From NCBI GenBank assembly GCA_030704615.1, contig CM060734.1:17112001-17176000 (forward strand): a stretch of DNA of 64,000 nucleotides. The letters are read 5' to 3'. Positions 52,031-64,000 of the stretch are shown piece by piece. The notes beneath the pieces are model-generated. The model had not been told where the DNA came from, did not search any database, and saw nothing but the letters and a program-made list of their open reading frames with translations. Made by a program: the position numbers and the translations under genes. The DNA comes from Takakia lepidozioides. Its lineage: Eukaryota > Plantae > Bryophyta. Numbering within the stretch: the stretch's first letter is position 1; each line of letters begins with the position of its first letter.

Positions 52031-52842
52031 GGACCTACTTCCCCAAAACCTGGCAGTTGGATCGAGCTGTCTGAAGCAAGGTTGCTCGAGCTCCACGGCT
52101 GGTTGATGTCCCATTGCTTCGTTGCTTTAGGGGACCGGGTATGGCAGCAAATATTAGGTATCCCTATGGGCTTTTCTTGCTCACCTTTGTGGTGCAATAT
52201 ATACTTTTTATCCTATGAAATCCGGTTCATCTTAAGATTGGCTACACTCGGGGAATCACAGCTGATGGCCAAGTTCGAATCAGCTTTCCGTTACATTGAT
52301 GACATATGCTGGCTTAATGCAGGAAATGCTCTAATGTTTCTGGATCCCTCAGCTAATAGAAGTAGTTCCAACCCATGGTGGATATATCCTTTGAATGTGG
52401 TCGAAATAAAGCCTGAAATATTGAGAACCAAATCTGAGTCTCGAGATGAAGGCCTGGAAGCTTGTTTTATGAACATCCAATTATCAGTTGTGAATGAGGA
52501 GACAAGTGAATTCCACTTCCAGAAATATGACAAGAGAAGAGTTCTTCCCTTCTCATATACCCAATACATTCAGCTCAGGTCAAACCGACCAGTGAACCAA
52601 TCTTACAACGTGGTGATATCTCAGGCTGTACCCATAATGTATATTTCCAATACTGCTAAATCTGCGTGGAAAGAGTGTGGGATTCTGATTGACACCTTAG
52701 GAAAAAATGGCTTCAAAACAGACAAGTTGTTGCAAATATTACTAAGGCTCCTTGAAGAATGAACTTTTCCTGGTGTACACTTCCAGATTGCTGATTTGGT
52801 TAACATGCTCAAAGGTAAGCACTATCTTTATCAACCTAAATG
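52030..52842 (+). pseudogene. Penelope-like element reverse transcriptase (Naiad/Chlamys-type), 5'-truncated
   Basis: QILGIPMG..CSP..NIYFLSYE, FRYIDD, FMNIQL, YDKRR, SNRP..Y.V.ISQ in ORF 52019-52762. Confidence 0.8.
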
Positions 52843-52950
52843 ACTTCAAAGCTTGATTTCAAATGTATGCTTGTTCTAATTACCCGGCTTGAATAAGGGA
52901 TAGCCTGATAATCCTTTACGGTACACCTTCCGAAGGATTAGCTAATGAGC

Positions 52951-53087
52951 AGGGAGAGATTACCCTTTTGGAGAGGAGTCTGGTATGCACTCCCTTACGG
53001 GGTGAGTGCATACCACACTCACTCCGTAAGGGCCTGCCATACTAGGGGCTGGATGGTGGGATTCCCTCTCTCTCCCTCTCTCTCCCT
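52951..53087 (+). other. Conserved structured motif, copy 2 (alternative hairpins)
   Basis: TGGTATGCACTC/GAGTGCATACCA versus CCCTTACGGGGTGAGTG/CACTCACTCCGTAAGGG. Confidence 0.7.
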
Positions 53088-55057
53088 TTGGAAACTGGGT
53101 TTATGGAATTGTTGTCCCAACTTCCATCTTTGAAAAATAAAAAAGTGGGTTGCAGGGAATCTGGATGATTTTCATCCAGAATACATCCTTCACTCCTGGT
53201 GAGACATTTTTTCATTAATACCTACGAGGTCTTATTCATCCTAACCTACCCGGATATCAATCCGGAATATACTGATTGTAAAACTCCCGTCAGTTTTCAT
53301 CCAACCTGGATGAAAAAGGACTTTATCTAACGAGACCTAAATACCTATGGATGATTATGAAGTACCTATTTTTTTCATCCACACTGGATGAGAAACGGTG
53401 TACATCTGTCGGGTTCAAGACAGGTATAAATGAATTAAAAAAACCCCGATTTTTTTCATCTAACCTAGATGAAAAACGGACCACATCCGTCGGGTTCAAG
53501 GCAGAGGATGAACACCTGATGTTTTTTCCTCTTCCCTGAATGAGAAACGGACAACGTCCATCGGGTATATAGTCTGGTGGATGTTTTTCATCCTAGAAAG
53601 GGATGGATGACGAGCTGGACAGGGTAAAACCCTGCGCAACCCTAGTGTCTTTCTTTTTGTGCTGCAAGAGTGCGCGCGATGGCGGCTTGGAGGTGGCGAT
53701 GGTGCTCGTGCTGCAGATACCGTGAGCTGCCAATCCTTGGAGTGTTTAAGGCTCTTGTGAGCGCCGCCTCTGCGGGCTCTTTAAGGCGATGGCGGTGGCT
53801 TAGAGATGAGGGAAGATTCACTGTCTCGTCTGTCTGTTTTTTTGCTGCACAAGGGAACATAGGCAGTGATGGCGGAGGTACCGCCTGCCTGTTTGTGGAG
53901 TTTCCCTAAGCCCTCCACTGGATCTTTGATGAATGGCGGCGTCTTGGTAGAACAAAGAAGTCTCTCTCCCCCCCTTTTATAAACCCTATCTTATGAGACA
54001 AAGCTCTTTTTTGCTCTTGTGCTTGGCAAGGCTTTGCTTTGGTTAAGGTAGCAGTGATGTGGTGTTGGCGGAGATCTCCCTGCACGGTTGGGTTTGTGGA
54101 GAGATGGCGACCATCCCCCAAACAGTACAAAATGTTCTATTTTTTCTGTTTGTCTTGCTTCCCTGCTTTCTTTGGCATTCTCTGTACTTAGATTCAAGTG
54201 TATTTGACCTCGATAGCAAGTGTAGAAGCCTGCCATTCACCTCGTGCATCCTCATTAACTCACAATGCTTTGTGGTTATTTTTGGGACGGGCACACGTGA
54301 GGGCTTCCACTTAATATGCTGATGTCTAGGTGCTGCTGGATGCCAAGTGCGTTGCAGAGCTGTGGAAGGGGTTGCCGGCCACGGATTCATCTTTAAATGT
54401 TGAAAAACTAAACTACTCTATGGTTTTTCTTGATCCTATCTGTTTCTTTTATCTATGAAGAACAAGTGTAGTGCTGTTTAGGGTGGGCTATTTCGGCCCA
54501 GCCAGTGGAAGACCTTTGTTTTGTTGTGACAGCCATGTATATGATGGCTTGTGTAGGACACACATCTGTTTTTCGGGCCCTAGTTTGCTTTGCTTGCCTT
54601 ATGGTAGTTGGAAACAAAAGGAGAGGCTGCAAGGAACTGTTTGCTGCAGCTACTCGGGTACCCATGATGGTAAAATACCCCTGTTATATTCCAACCCGGA
54701 TGGCTTTGTTAGCTAGATGCTTAGGCCAGGGTATGGTGAAGATTCTGCTTGTGGCCAATCGGCTGACATTGAAAAATGGCAACAATATATTTGGTGACTG
54801 GTTTTTGAGGTAGTCAGGGTGGCTAAGTGGAAATACCCCCTGGACATGGTGTAATGACATGGTCAAATGTGGTATGATGTGAATAGGGTGTGCTGGCAGT
54901 GTCATAGGGTGTGTATGCAGTGCTTTATACTTGCCTTGTTGTGTCAGGAACTTTTGATTTTCAACTGTAGCAAGAAATAATGGTATAGGGGTGTTCTGGA
55001 AAATTTACCAGACATATCCCCCTCCCCTGTGGGGGCTGTCGATCAATTTTTCGGATC

Positions 55058-56265
55058 ATAATTTAGAATAGCACATTTTATGTACATTAGTATATATTTT
55101 ATGAAGTTTAGTACGAAATCATAGTAAGAAATCATAAATAAAATGGAATTCTAGCAATGGCAGATCCGGAGGACCAGTCGAAGGACAACTCCTTGATTCC
55201 GGGATTGACAGATGTGACACTAGAATGCATTGCATGGGTGCCTCGCTCTTATTATTTACCGCTGAAAGGTGGTTGTAAGAAATGGCAGAATGCGCTAGCA
55301 GTGGTTGATGACGAAGGCTGCAACGACATCTTTGAGACTCGCAAATGGGTAGGGATCAAGGAGGAATGGGTGGCTGGGCCTGCACACAATGTACAGCCTC
55401 TCATAAGTGCACAGAAGTGGTGGGCGTTTGATTCCGTTAGTATGCCTTGGCGTTGTCTGCCAGACTACCATGTGGATTATACCTTTGAAGTTTCTGACAA
55501 GGAGTCGACAGTTACAGGAACTCAGCTTTTGGTTTGCGGACAGTACCCTAGAGGCTACATGGTATGGAGGTATGATTTAGAACTCAACGAATAGTCTTCA
55601 ACGCCAAGAATGATTCAAGATCGATGTCTTTTTTACTCAACAAATATGGGCAAATATGTTTATTTGTACTGGAAGTCTCACCAACAGACGACTCTCAAAG
55701 CAATCAAGCGCTACAACTCGCTACCTCAAGCATGGGAACCTCTCTCCGATCTCAACATAGCACGGGAAAGGGAGCTAATGGGAAAACAAGGATAAATGTG
55801 AACCGCTGGATATTGGTTGATCAAGGGTAGCGATCCCCACTTTCCAAACGGATGAATGATATGGATGAGGAGCAACATTCATGAGGACTTAAAACGGCTC
55901 ATGTACCAAACTTAAGTTGGTCATGTCCCAGGATGGAAGATGGATGAAAATTATGGAGGGATAAAAGTTACAGATGGATGAAATCAACGGATGGATGAGA
56001 GATTACCGGCTGGATGACAAAAATAAAATGGATGACAATGACAACAGATGGATGATAAACACGTGGCTTGATCTAGTCCGTTCAGATGGAGAGGACAAAT
56101 CTAACGGATTAAAATAAAAAGATTCTATACTATATTAATGGACACTCTAAGAATAATTAGTTAAATATTTTAACTAGGTGTCGGTGCTTAAATTCACCTA
56201 ACCTACATCATTGGTGCTTTATTTATTTATTTAAAACGGATGGATGACATCCGTCAAAATAGTTG
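55058..56265 (+). repeat. Segment B, ~1.2-kb duplication of 48710-49925 (F-box pseudogene plus LTR 5' part)
   Basis: Near-identical from ATAATTTAGAATAGCAC to CCGTCAAAATAGTTG. Confidence 0.92.
55157..55795 (+). pseudogene. F-box/kelch-repeat protein pseudogene, copy 2
   Basis: Same protein as 48809 copy; 9-nt deletion; shares the ELNE* stop. Confidence 0.85.
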
Positions 56266-57284
56266 TCAAGTTATTTTACCACTAGTGTGAAACTAGCTAG
56301 GAAATAGCTAGCTTTTACATATTGACATCTGGGATTGGCCCAAGTGTCAATCCAGGGGTCAAGGCAGATTTAGGCCCTGGAGTGGTTATCTTCACGGCAA
56401 GCGTGAGAGGCTCATCTTTCTCGAGTTGAGCCTCACCGCGCCTAGCTATGGCGCCGTGGTGTGGATTCCCCATGGCGTGGGGTGCACTTGGCTTGACTTG
56501 TATTTGAGTGATGAGTTTATATATGCATGAGTTTAAGCTTCAGTTTTGTGAGCTTGCATGAGCTTGTGCTTGTATTCTTCTTCTTTATCACTCGAGAAAA
56601 ATGAGCTCGTATCTGTAAGTGCCAGATACGAGTTAGTTGTAGCACTTGTGGTTTTTGCTTGAGAATGAGAGAAACCAGGTTGTTATGCAAGGAGCACCGT
56701 GGAGCTCTTGGTTGTTAGACGCGGAGGCGATGTGGGTTACGAGGTAGTAGACCTTGACATTCGATCTTCAGCTTCAGAGATGAAAGCACCATGCTGCAGG
56801 TAATTCCAGAGCACCTTGATGGTTTCAGATTGTGTACATGCATGAGCAAGCACGATTGGGAAGAGGACCAGTCAAGAGCAGGTTAGAGTGGCTTTGGTAG
56901 CAAAGCTGAGAACTGGACTTGGGAATGCGAGCTTTCATTGTGTGAAAGATTGCAAGACCAAGCGAAAGGGCTGATTTGGCTTGGGGCAAATCAGTGCACT
57001 TTGTGGAGTATGTTGAGATTGGGTTTCAATCTCGAGCTTCAGCACTGAGAGGGCTCTTGTCATGGCAAGAGCAGGGCTGGAACAGGAGCTAAGAGGTGTG
57101 GCAAGGCCATGGAATGTGCACCTAGGGTTTCAGAGCTTGGAAGAAGAGCTCTTGCACCACAAGAGGAGTGTCTTGTGGCTGGAAATGTAAGCCTTAGGGT
57201 TTCAGGAGCTTGGCAAAGGCTGTGGAGTGCTTAGTCTTGTCTTAGAGAGCATCAAGGAACCAAGGAGCCAAGATAGGGGGCTGA

Positions 57285-57650
57285 TACCTCTTGTGTGAAG
57301 AGGTTGCATGTGTGGAGCATGTATTCAACTCATTGAAGCTTCCATCTTCAAGCTTGGAGGGCAAACAAGGAAGAGGGAAGGGCTAACTTCCCTTGTGTGA
57401 GGGCAATGCATGTGTGGAGTATGCTTTCAGCTTGTTGAAGGCTTGTACTTTCAGGTTTGGGAGTGCAAGAAATGAAGGAAGGGGCTAGTTCCCCTGTAGG
57501 GCATGTGTGGAGCATGCTTTCAGCCTGCTGAAGCTTGTATTTTCAGGTTTGTGGGTGCAAGAAATGAAGCAAAGGAGCTGATTCTCTTATGGTGAGAGTG
57601 GGGCATGTGTGGAGCATGCCTTCAGCCCATTGAGGCTCTTGTTTTCAAGC
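57285..57650. repeat. ~100-bp tandem repeat, 4 diverged copies
   Basis: GCATGTGTGGAG(C/T)ATG at ~57306, 57408, 57501, 57603. Confidence 0.75.
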
Positions 57651-58114
57651 TCTAGAGAGCTAGAACGGAAGGGCTAGGGCTGGTTTCCACTTGGGGTGAA
57701 ATAAAAGCACTTGTAGGGCCTATGTGAGTTGGGGTTTCAACTTCAAGCTTGAAGGAGCACAACTCTTGAAGCAACAGGTGCAGGGGCTGGATTAGGTGCG
57801 AAGGGCATGCTATGGTCAAGAAAACACGTGTAAGGGCTGGAAGTCAGCCATGTTTGGTTAGTCGCCATAGGGATCAATGGCGCTGTTTTGTGAGTTAAAA
57901 GGAAGCTTGTGCACTTAGTTTCAAACACCTTCTTTTGGAATTAGAGCTACTATTGGTGGTGTGTGGGGGCCATAAAGAGCAAGAATACCTTGTTGATTTC
58001 CTCACAGCCGCCATAGCTCGGTGCAAAGAAGCCTAGAGTCCAAGAGACACAAACCCTAGCTTGGCGTGGCTAAACCCCTTGGAGAATGGCTAAACTGCCA
58101 TGAGTGGCCATGGA

Positions 58115-58460
58115 TGGGGCTGTGACAGGTTGTGATGGGCTGTGAGGGGCTTTGACAGGCTGTGGCGGGCTGTGACAGGCTATGCCCTGTGGCCTGTGGG
58201 GCTGTGATGGGCTGTGAGGGGCTGTGGCGGGCTGTGATGGGTTGTGCCCTGTGGCCTATGGGGCTGTGATCCTATGACTTGTGTAGGGCTGTGACAGGCT
58301 GTGACCTGTGGCCTGTGGGGCTGTGACGGACTGTGACAGGCTGTGGGGCTGTGATCTTGTGACCTGTGTAGGGTTGTGACAGGCTGTGACCTGTGGCATT
58401 TGGGGCTATGATGGGTTGTGGGGCTGTGACGGCTGTGACCAATGATCTGTGTGGGCCTGT
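58115..58460. repeat. ~10-bp minisatellite (GGCTGTGA.. units)
   Basis: About 30 degenerate GGCTGTGAC/GGCTGTGG units. Confidence 0.85.
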
Positions 58461-59196
58461 GCTGGTCTGTGGTGGCCCGTGTTGACCTGTGGACGGCTTG
58501 TGCTGACTCGTGGAGGCACTGGTGGATTGCCTAAGGACTGACATGTGGTCTTGAAGGCCGAATTTTGACGCTCGTGGAGGGCGGTTTGAGGAGTATCTTC
58601 ATGATATTCCCATGGCCATGCAAATGAGGGAAGAGAGGAGAGGAAGAGTGTTAGGATGAGGGCTTGCTGGGGTTAGGCATTGCTTTAGCTTCTCTTCCTC
58701 GTAGTTTCCACCCTCTCATTAGGCCAAGACCTTTCCGTAGGTGGAGGCAAGAGTCAGTCCGGGTTTGGGCTGGGGTGTCCTTGCAGGAGCAACACCGTGG
58801 AGTTGTTTTTGATGTGGGGGAGTTGTCGTTCTGATTTTTTGTGTTTGGATCCCCTCCATACCTGCATGCTTGACTGTGCGTCACGTTAGTTTTGTGTGGG
58901 CGCTTGTTTTTATAGGTGATTGGTCCGGATTTGATCACCGACCAGTCCTAGAGCATGCTATCGATGGTGAGGCTGGGGTGATGACCAGTCAGACCATCAT
59001 TGTTTCTCCTGTGGTGAGGTTGGAGGTGAGGACCAGCCAACCATAGGAGTGCTTGCGGTGGATGCAGGTGCAGGTGTAGGCTATGTTAGGAACCTAGTAT
59101 TCCAAACCATAAGCCGCAACAGGTTCTCTACCCGGTTACCTTGTGGAGAGGGGGTTAGGGACATGTTCATGACCGGTTGAGTGACAGTTTGTCAAC

Positions 59197-61882
59197 ATGG
59201 AGGTGCCACTAGTTGCTAGGGACAGTGCCGGCTCGAGCACTAGCGATACTAGTGGGTACACGAGACGAGGTGTGTGGTTTAGGCCACCTTCACCTCCTGT
59301 GTCTTCTACGGAAGGTTCTGATTCGGATTGTGAATCAGGAGGACTCACATCGGCGGTGCAAGTTGTTTCCTTGCCATTGTTGTGGGACACAATGGAGGAG
59401 ATGTATGGAGCTACCAAGGGGCCACGAAGGTACTCTGGGTTGGTGGGCACCATCGAGTTGGATGATTTTATCCAAGAGTTTGATAGTTGGTGTGATTTGT
59501 AGCAAATGCGCAATCCACAACTATTTACGTCTTTCATGGCATGGAAGGGGCTGTTTCAGCACCTTGAGGGGCCGCCTATGGATGATTACCATGAGTTCAG
59601 GCGGGGGCATAAGGTTGAGATCGAGGAGTGGAGGATGTACTGGTCACCTGACTATGTCTCCATCACTAGGGGCACTAGAGCCACGAGGGCAGTGGCTACA
59701 CCTGCCGTTGCACCGGCAGCTTCAGCAAGCAGCAGTGGGACTAGTGGGACTGGTGGTACCGTAGCTACGACGTCCACCCAAGCCACTACCACACCAGCAC
59801 CAGTACCCGTGCCTGCCTTCAACCCTGTTGTGGAGTTCTTCGAAGAGTTGAGAGGGAACTACCAAGGGGTGAGGACAGAGAAGTTGCGGAGCTTGCAAGA
59901 GTTCTAATGGAAGCCTACTAAGAGCTTGAGGGAGGCTTTCACTCGCATGAGGCGCTTGATAAATGTAGCCCAAGGGGTTACGGAAGCTCAGGCAGTCCAA
60001 TTCTGGTATGAGATATTGGACAAAGAGCTGAGGAGAAGGGTGCGGGATGCAACTCTCCTACAAGCGGCCCAACCCACTTTAGCAAATGTGTTTTTGTTGG
60101 CAGAGCGGATAGAGCTCAACATGGTGGAGGAACGAGTGGTCATGGTGGGATTTGCTAAGGAGACACCATGGGGTAGTGGTGCTCCTAGCCAACCACTACC
60201 TCAACGTGCTCAAGACAACAAGGGGGCCCAGGTGAAGCCCAGGGAAGGACAGAGAGGACCTCAGATGCAGAGGTCTCTCCCTTTATTTGCAGGCCAACAA
60301 CGGGCAGAGGTGGTGTGTTGGACATGTGGAGGACCCCATGGCAAGAAAGATTGTCCAGAGGGAGGCAAAGGGCCGGCATATGCACAGCCTGCACAGTTGC
60401 AGTGTGGGCATTGTGGCAAGCACGGGCATGAAAAGGCCCAGTGTTATGGTTTGCATCTTGAGTTGCGCCCAGGCCAGTTCCAAGGGAACAATGGTGGCTG
60501 GGGGCGAGGTGGGGCAGCCCAGAGAGGACGAGGTGGCCAGGCACGAGGTGCAGGCCAAGGGCAAGCTCAACATGGTCAAGGACGTGGAGGTCAGGGTGTT
60601 GACCAAGGCATGGCCAACCGGTTTTAGCAGCTAGAGCAGAGGCTCGCTGCCATGGCTACAACTCAGGTGGTACCGGCTCCAAGGCCGGATGGTCCACCTC
60701 CTTCTCCTGAGGGAGGAGATATGGGAGGCATAGGATTCATGTGCGGAGCAGCACTACCACTAGTGCAGGTGGAATCTGCTGCAGCCGTGACTTGAGGAGC
60801 AGCATGAGTTCTTGAGCCACGAGGTGCGGAGGTGGAGTTGGATCCACAGCGTGGGGAGGCATGCCGTCAGGCTAGGCTGCCTCAATCATTCATATTGGCG
60901 GAGACAGTGTCGACGTCATCCATGGTACCTAGTTTTCGCCCGACTGCTACCGAGGCGGAGATTACTATGTCATTAGGGAGAGCCACACGAGCAGCACTAC
61001 TACCTGCTGCCAAGGCTACGATAGCTAGTGTGCTGTTGGGGGCGGCCACATTTGTGTGTCAGGCTCCATTGTTCTCGGCTACCATGATTGCGACGCCGGG
61101 AGTAAGACCAGCTGAGGTGTTCAGACTGGCAGCTACACTCTGTGAGAGTGGGGAGGTTACTTCATCTTCTGCGGAGATAGTGGGAGGTGTAGTGCCGGAG
61201 GGATCCTCGGATTTGAGGGTCAAGACTGCCACGGCAGTGCCATGGCAAGCTGCAGCTGCCAGGTTGATGGAGCTGCCAGCTAGGCCAACCATTGAGCGCG
61301 CCATGGTGACACCTGGAGTTGTCATGTTAGACAACTAGGATGACATTTTCTGTTTGAGTGGACCGGCAGGCAAGAGGTACCGGCCACTGCGGGTCTTATT
61401 GGACTTGGGAGCTCAACCATTGATGCTGGGCAGAGCTGCTATTGCAGGCTTGGGCCTCACGGAGGCGGATATGGAGCCTTGTCCTTTCCAGATACAGACG
61501 TCTCTGGGAGGATCGGAGCAGGCTCGGGGCATGACACGGCGTTAGTTTGCTATCAGACTACGGTCGGATCACCCTACAGATGGCTCAGTGATGCGAGCCA
61601 AGGCCGTTGTGACAGACGCGGTCTCGTACGATGTCCTGGTTGGTGGGGCAGTGTTGTACCCTATGGGCTTCACCCTGGATTTTTGGGAGGAGTCAGCTTC
61701 CTATTGAGGGCCGGCATGTGCAGCTCCCTCTGGCGTTCATAGGAGAAGTTGCGGTTGCCCAGCGGGGCAAGATGCCGACACTAGCAGCATTCACAGCTGC
61801 AGTGACTTGGCCTGGAGAGTTGCTAGAGGGAAACGCTCATTCAGAGGATGACACACCTCCAGGAGAACAAGATGACATGTAT
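59197..61882 (+). pseudogene. gypsy gag-protease pseudogene (capsid, two zinc knuckles, aspartic protease), interrupted by chromovirus insertion
   Basis: One frame 59197 to ~61706 with 7 stops; CWTCGGPH..C, CGHCGKHGH..C; RVLLDLGAQP and YDVLVG protease motifs. Confidence 0.8.
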
Positions 61883-64000
61883 TGTCGCGCACCTCACTTC
61901 GGTAAGCTCCCCCCTCAAGTCATAGTTACTCGCTTGATGCGCGCGCCTAACTCCCAACCTGGCCGCCGGGCCAACTTGGAGCTTCGGCTGCTCACCGGGA
62001 CATAACGGTCCCCCCCCTTGATCTCCCAAAGAACCCTCCAACGATTTAGAACCAGCGGAATTCCCTTTGGTAGTTGGCAGTCCGGAACAGCTCCCCACTC
62101 TTTGGTCGCTTTCCGGCTCGCTCGCTTACTCACTAGTTTTTGGTCACCGACGGGCTTGCACCGTTCTCGGGGTTACTACTCCCTATATATACTTCTGTAG
62201 CTGTCCGCGAGGGTTTCACAAACATCCATGCCATTTTATGGCGAACCACCACGAACACCCTCGACTCCCGGTGATGAGTCGCGGTGAGTCTTGGCCCACT
62301 CACCACGGCCCCTATGGACCGTGATGAGTCCCAAGACTCCCCACGATTCCCACCACGAGGTCTCCGCCCCAGGGTGAGTCCTATGCCACCCCCACTAAGT
62401 CCCGCTAAGCTACCACCACCCCTTGTGGAGCCACCCCCACCGCAACCCGGTGTGTGGGGCTCCACCTAGTGAGCACCTCCGCCTCCTTGAGTGCTTTGGG
62501 CACTCAAGGGTGCTTCAGCCCCCCATACCTATCGCTGCCACTGCCCCCACCACAGGGGCAACCCCTCTTGTGTCCCAACCCCCTGCCCTCAAGGCAAAGG
62601 GCCGCGACACACACCCCTACCAACAGGGAGTCGATGTCCTCATCGGCTTGTACATTTTGTGGAAACAAACATCCAAGTTGTGGCGTCCCACATCAAGGAG
62701 TTTGTTTCCGTACCATGGAGTCCCATGACAAAGAACCAAACCCCACACTTGACTCTACTCTCCACTAGCTAGTTCGGCCGACTTCCTCCAAGTCCCGGCC
62801 AAGGGTGGAGCCTCTCAAGCTCCTCCCAGTGCACTCTTCTTGGCCTACTTCAAGGCCAAGGAACGATCCTCCCCGAGGATCGAATCGCCTTACTGCAACA
62901 ACATTGCTTGCGACCGCTCATGATGCCGCTTTTGGCATCACATTGAGCAAGGGTTCACCTCGAACCCTCTTTGACTAGGAAGATAACCTTGAACCAACCG
63001 CGCGCCCCAATCACTACAATTGGGTCCGCCTTGGAATGCTGGCCTGAGGTACGGGAACACGCCAAAGCCGCCTTCGTCCCGAGGCTACACGATTATAGTA
63101 CGTGAACGGAAGCATGTAGCTTCCGCGTTAGCCCGCACTACAAAGCAACCCCCTCGGTAGCGCAGTTATAGTATGCGCACGCGCCAGGTGCGCACTAGCA
63201 CGTGAACTCCTAAAGAAGGCGCAAGTTTCCTTGCCCCTTTGGATGGAAGTCACCCAATTTTGGCATTGCGCAAACACACGATTAACCCAATTTACCTCTC
63301 CCACTTTTGTAAGCTAGCTTGCATTCTACACACTAGCCAACCACACCATGCAACACCATTCCAAACAAAATAAGACGCACAATATTTGGAACCCATTTCC
63401 TTTATAACAAATTTTTGTACAATACAAGTTTTTGCAATCGGATTCCTAAGCTAGCTAAGTCGGGCTAAGCATGCATTTCCTCCCCCACGCTCCAAGGTTG
63501 ATGTCCCCATCAACGCTTCTTCCGTTTTTGAGGTCGCCCTTCGAAAACTGCAACCGCCTCGGATGCGTTTCCCATTTCTAAGGCACGCACCCAAGATGCC
63601 TCCACATGATGATAGCCCTTCCATTTGACGAGATACTCCGTTTCTCGGTTCTTGAACCTCCTCGACTTAAGTATTGCCTCCACCTCATACTGAGGTTCAT
63701 TTTCATGATCCAACAGCACAGGTGGCGGACGCAACACTTGATGCCGATTCGGACACGCTTCATCTTTGAAGTAAGGCTTCAAAAGGGAGACGTGGAATAC
63801 TGGATGCACCTTGTTGTTTGCCGGCAGCTCCAATTCATACACATCCTCATTCATAACCTTCCGGATGCGAAATGGTCCCGCATATGGAGGTATGAACTTT
63901 GGACTCACTTCCGGAGGTAGTCGGAAATTCTTGATGTTCAACCAGACCTCCGTGCCTGCCTCAAACTTCACTTCCCTCCGCTTCCGATTCGCCTGCCTTT
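61883..64000 (-). mobile_element. Second Galadriel-like chromovirus copy (3' LTR 61883-62609, 3' UTR, integrase C-terminus/chromodomain); continues beyond window
   Basis: Reverse-complement match to ~30150-32254; LTR termini TGTCGC/GCGACA. Confidence 0.95.
63510..64000 (-). CDS. pol: pol C-terminus (integrase GPY/F region plus chromodomain), partial, open in this copy
   Basis: PPYAGPFRI, HPVFHVSLLKPY, YEVEAIL..EYLVKWKGY..EASW. Confidence 0.85.
   Translation of the reverse strand, partial: RQANRKRREVKFEAGTEVWLNIKNFRLPPEVSPKFIPPYAGPFRIRKVMNEDVYELELPANNKVHPVFHVSLLKPYFKDEACPNRHQVLRPPPVLLDHENEPQYEVEAILKSRRFKNRETEYLVKWKGYHHVEASWVRALEMGNASEAVAVFEGRPQKRKKR

Larger units (their letters stand above)
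52030..55035 (+). mobile_element. Penelope-like element copy 2 (RT 3' half, structured motif, pLTR-like region)
   Basis: Collinear homology with 45555-48010 (CGCGATGGCGGCTTG; CACCTCG.GCATCCTCA..TTTTTGGGACGGGC; PD..PP..WG block). Confidence 0.6.
56264..59197 (+). mobile_element. Long (~2.9 kb) LTR-like/5' non-coding region of a gypsy element
   Basis: Begins TGTCA exactly where segment B homology stops; ends TGACA (59186) or CAACA (59197) just before gag; second LTR not in window. Confidence 0.45.

Noticed and set aside
53030-53046. Helitron 3' end (hairpin followed by CTAG)
   Set aside because: CTAG is absent in the other copy and homology continues past it

Overview
Eukaryotic nuclear DNA, most likely from a non-seed land plant (bryophyte/lycophyte-like, inferred from the TE lineages present and a PLS-class PPR fragment). 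One intact host gene, an 8-exon RBM25 homolog (RRM + RED-rich + PWI, 36193-41278, about 876 aa), sits in a dense, nested TE landscape. Left of the gene: a Tat-like gypsy RT fragment between 230-bp inverted repeats, a SWIM-finger transposase remnant running into a higher-order ~120-bp repeat array, a decayed hAT (BED/DUF659) element flanked by palindromic subterminal arrays, a decayed cluster of unknown/Ptta-like ORFs, and a complete Galadriel-like chromovirus (LTRs, tRNA-iMet PBS, PPT, CACAG TSD) with two more family copies elsewhere. Right of the gene: a 5'-truncated L1/Tx1 LINE carrying a captured PPR fragment, two F-box/kelch pseudogenes and two further gypsy remnants. The most unusual item is a pair of diverged Penelope-like (Naiad/Chlamys-type RT) copies. 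They share a strongly conserved motif able to form two mutually exclusive hairpins, and each is followed by a near-identical F-box/LTR cassette. All identities and family calls were made by eye, without database searches.
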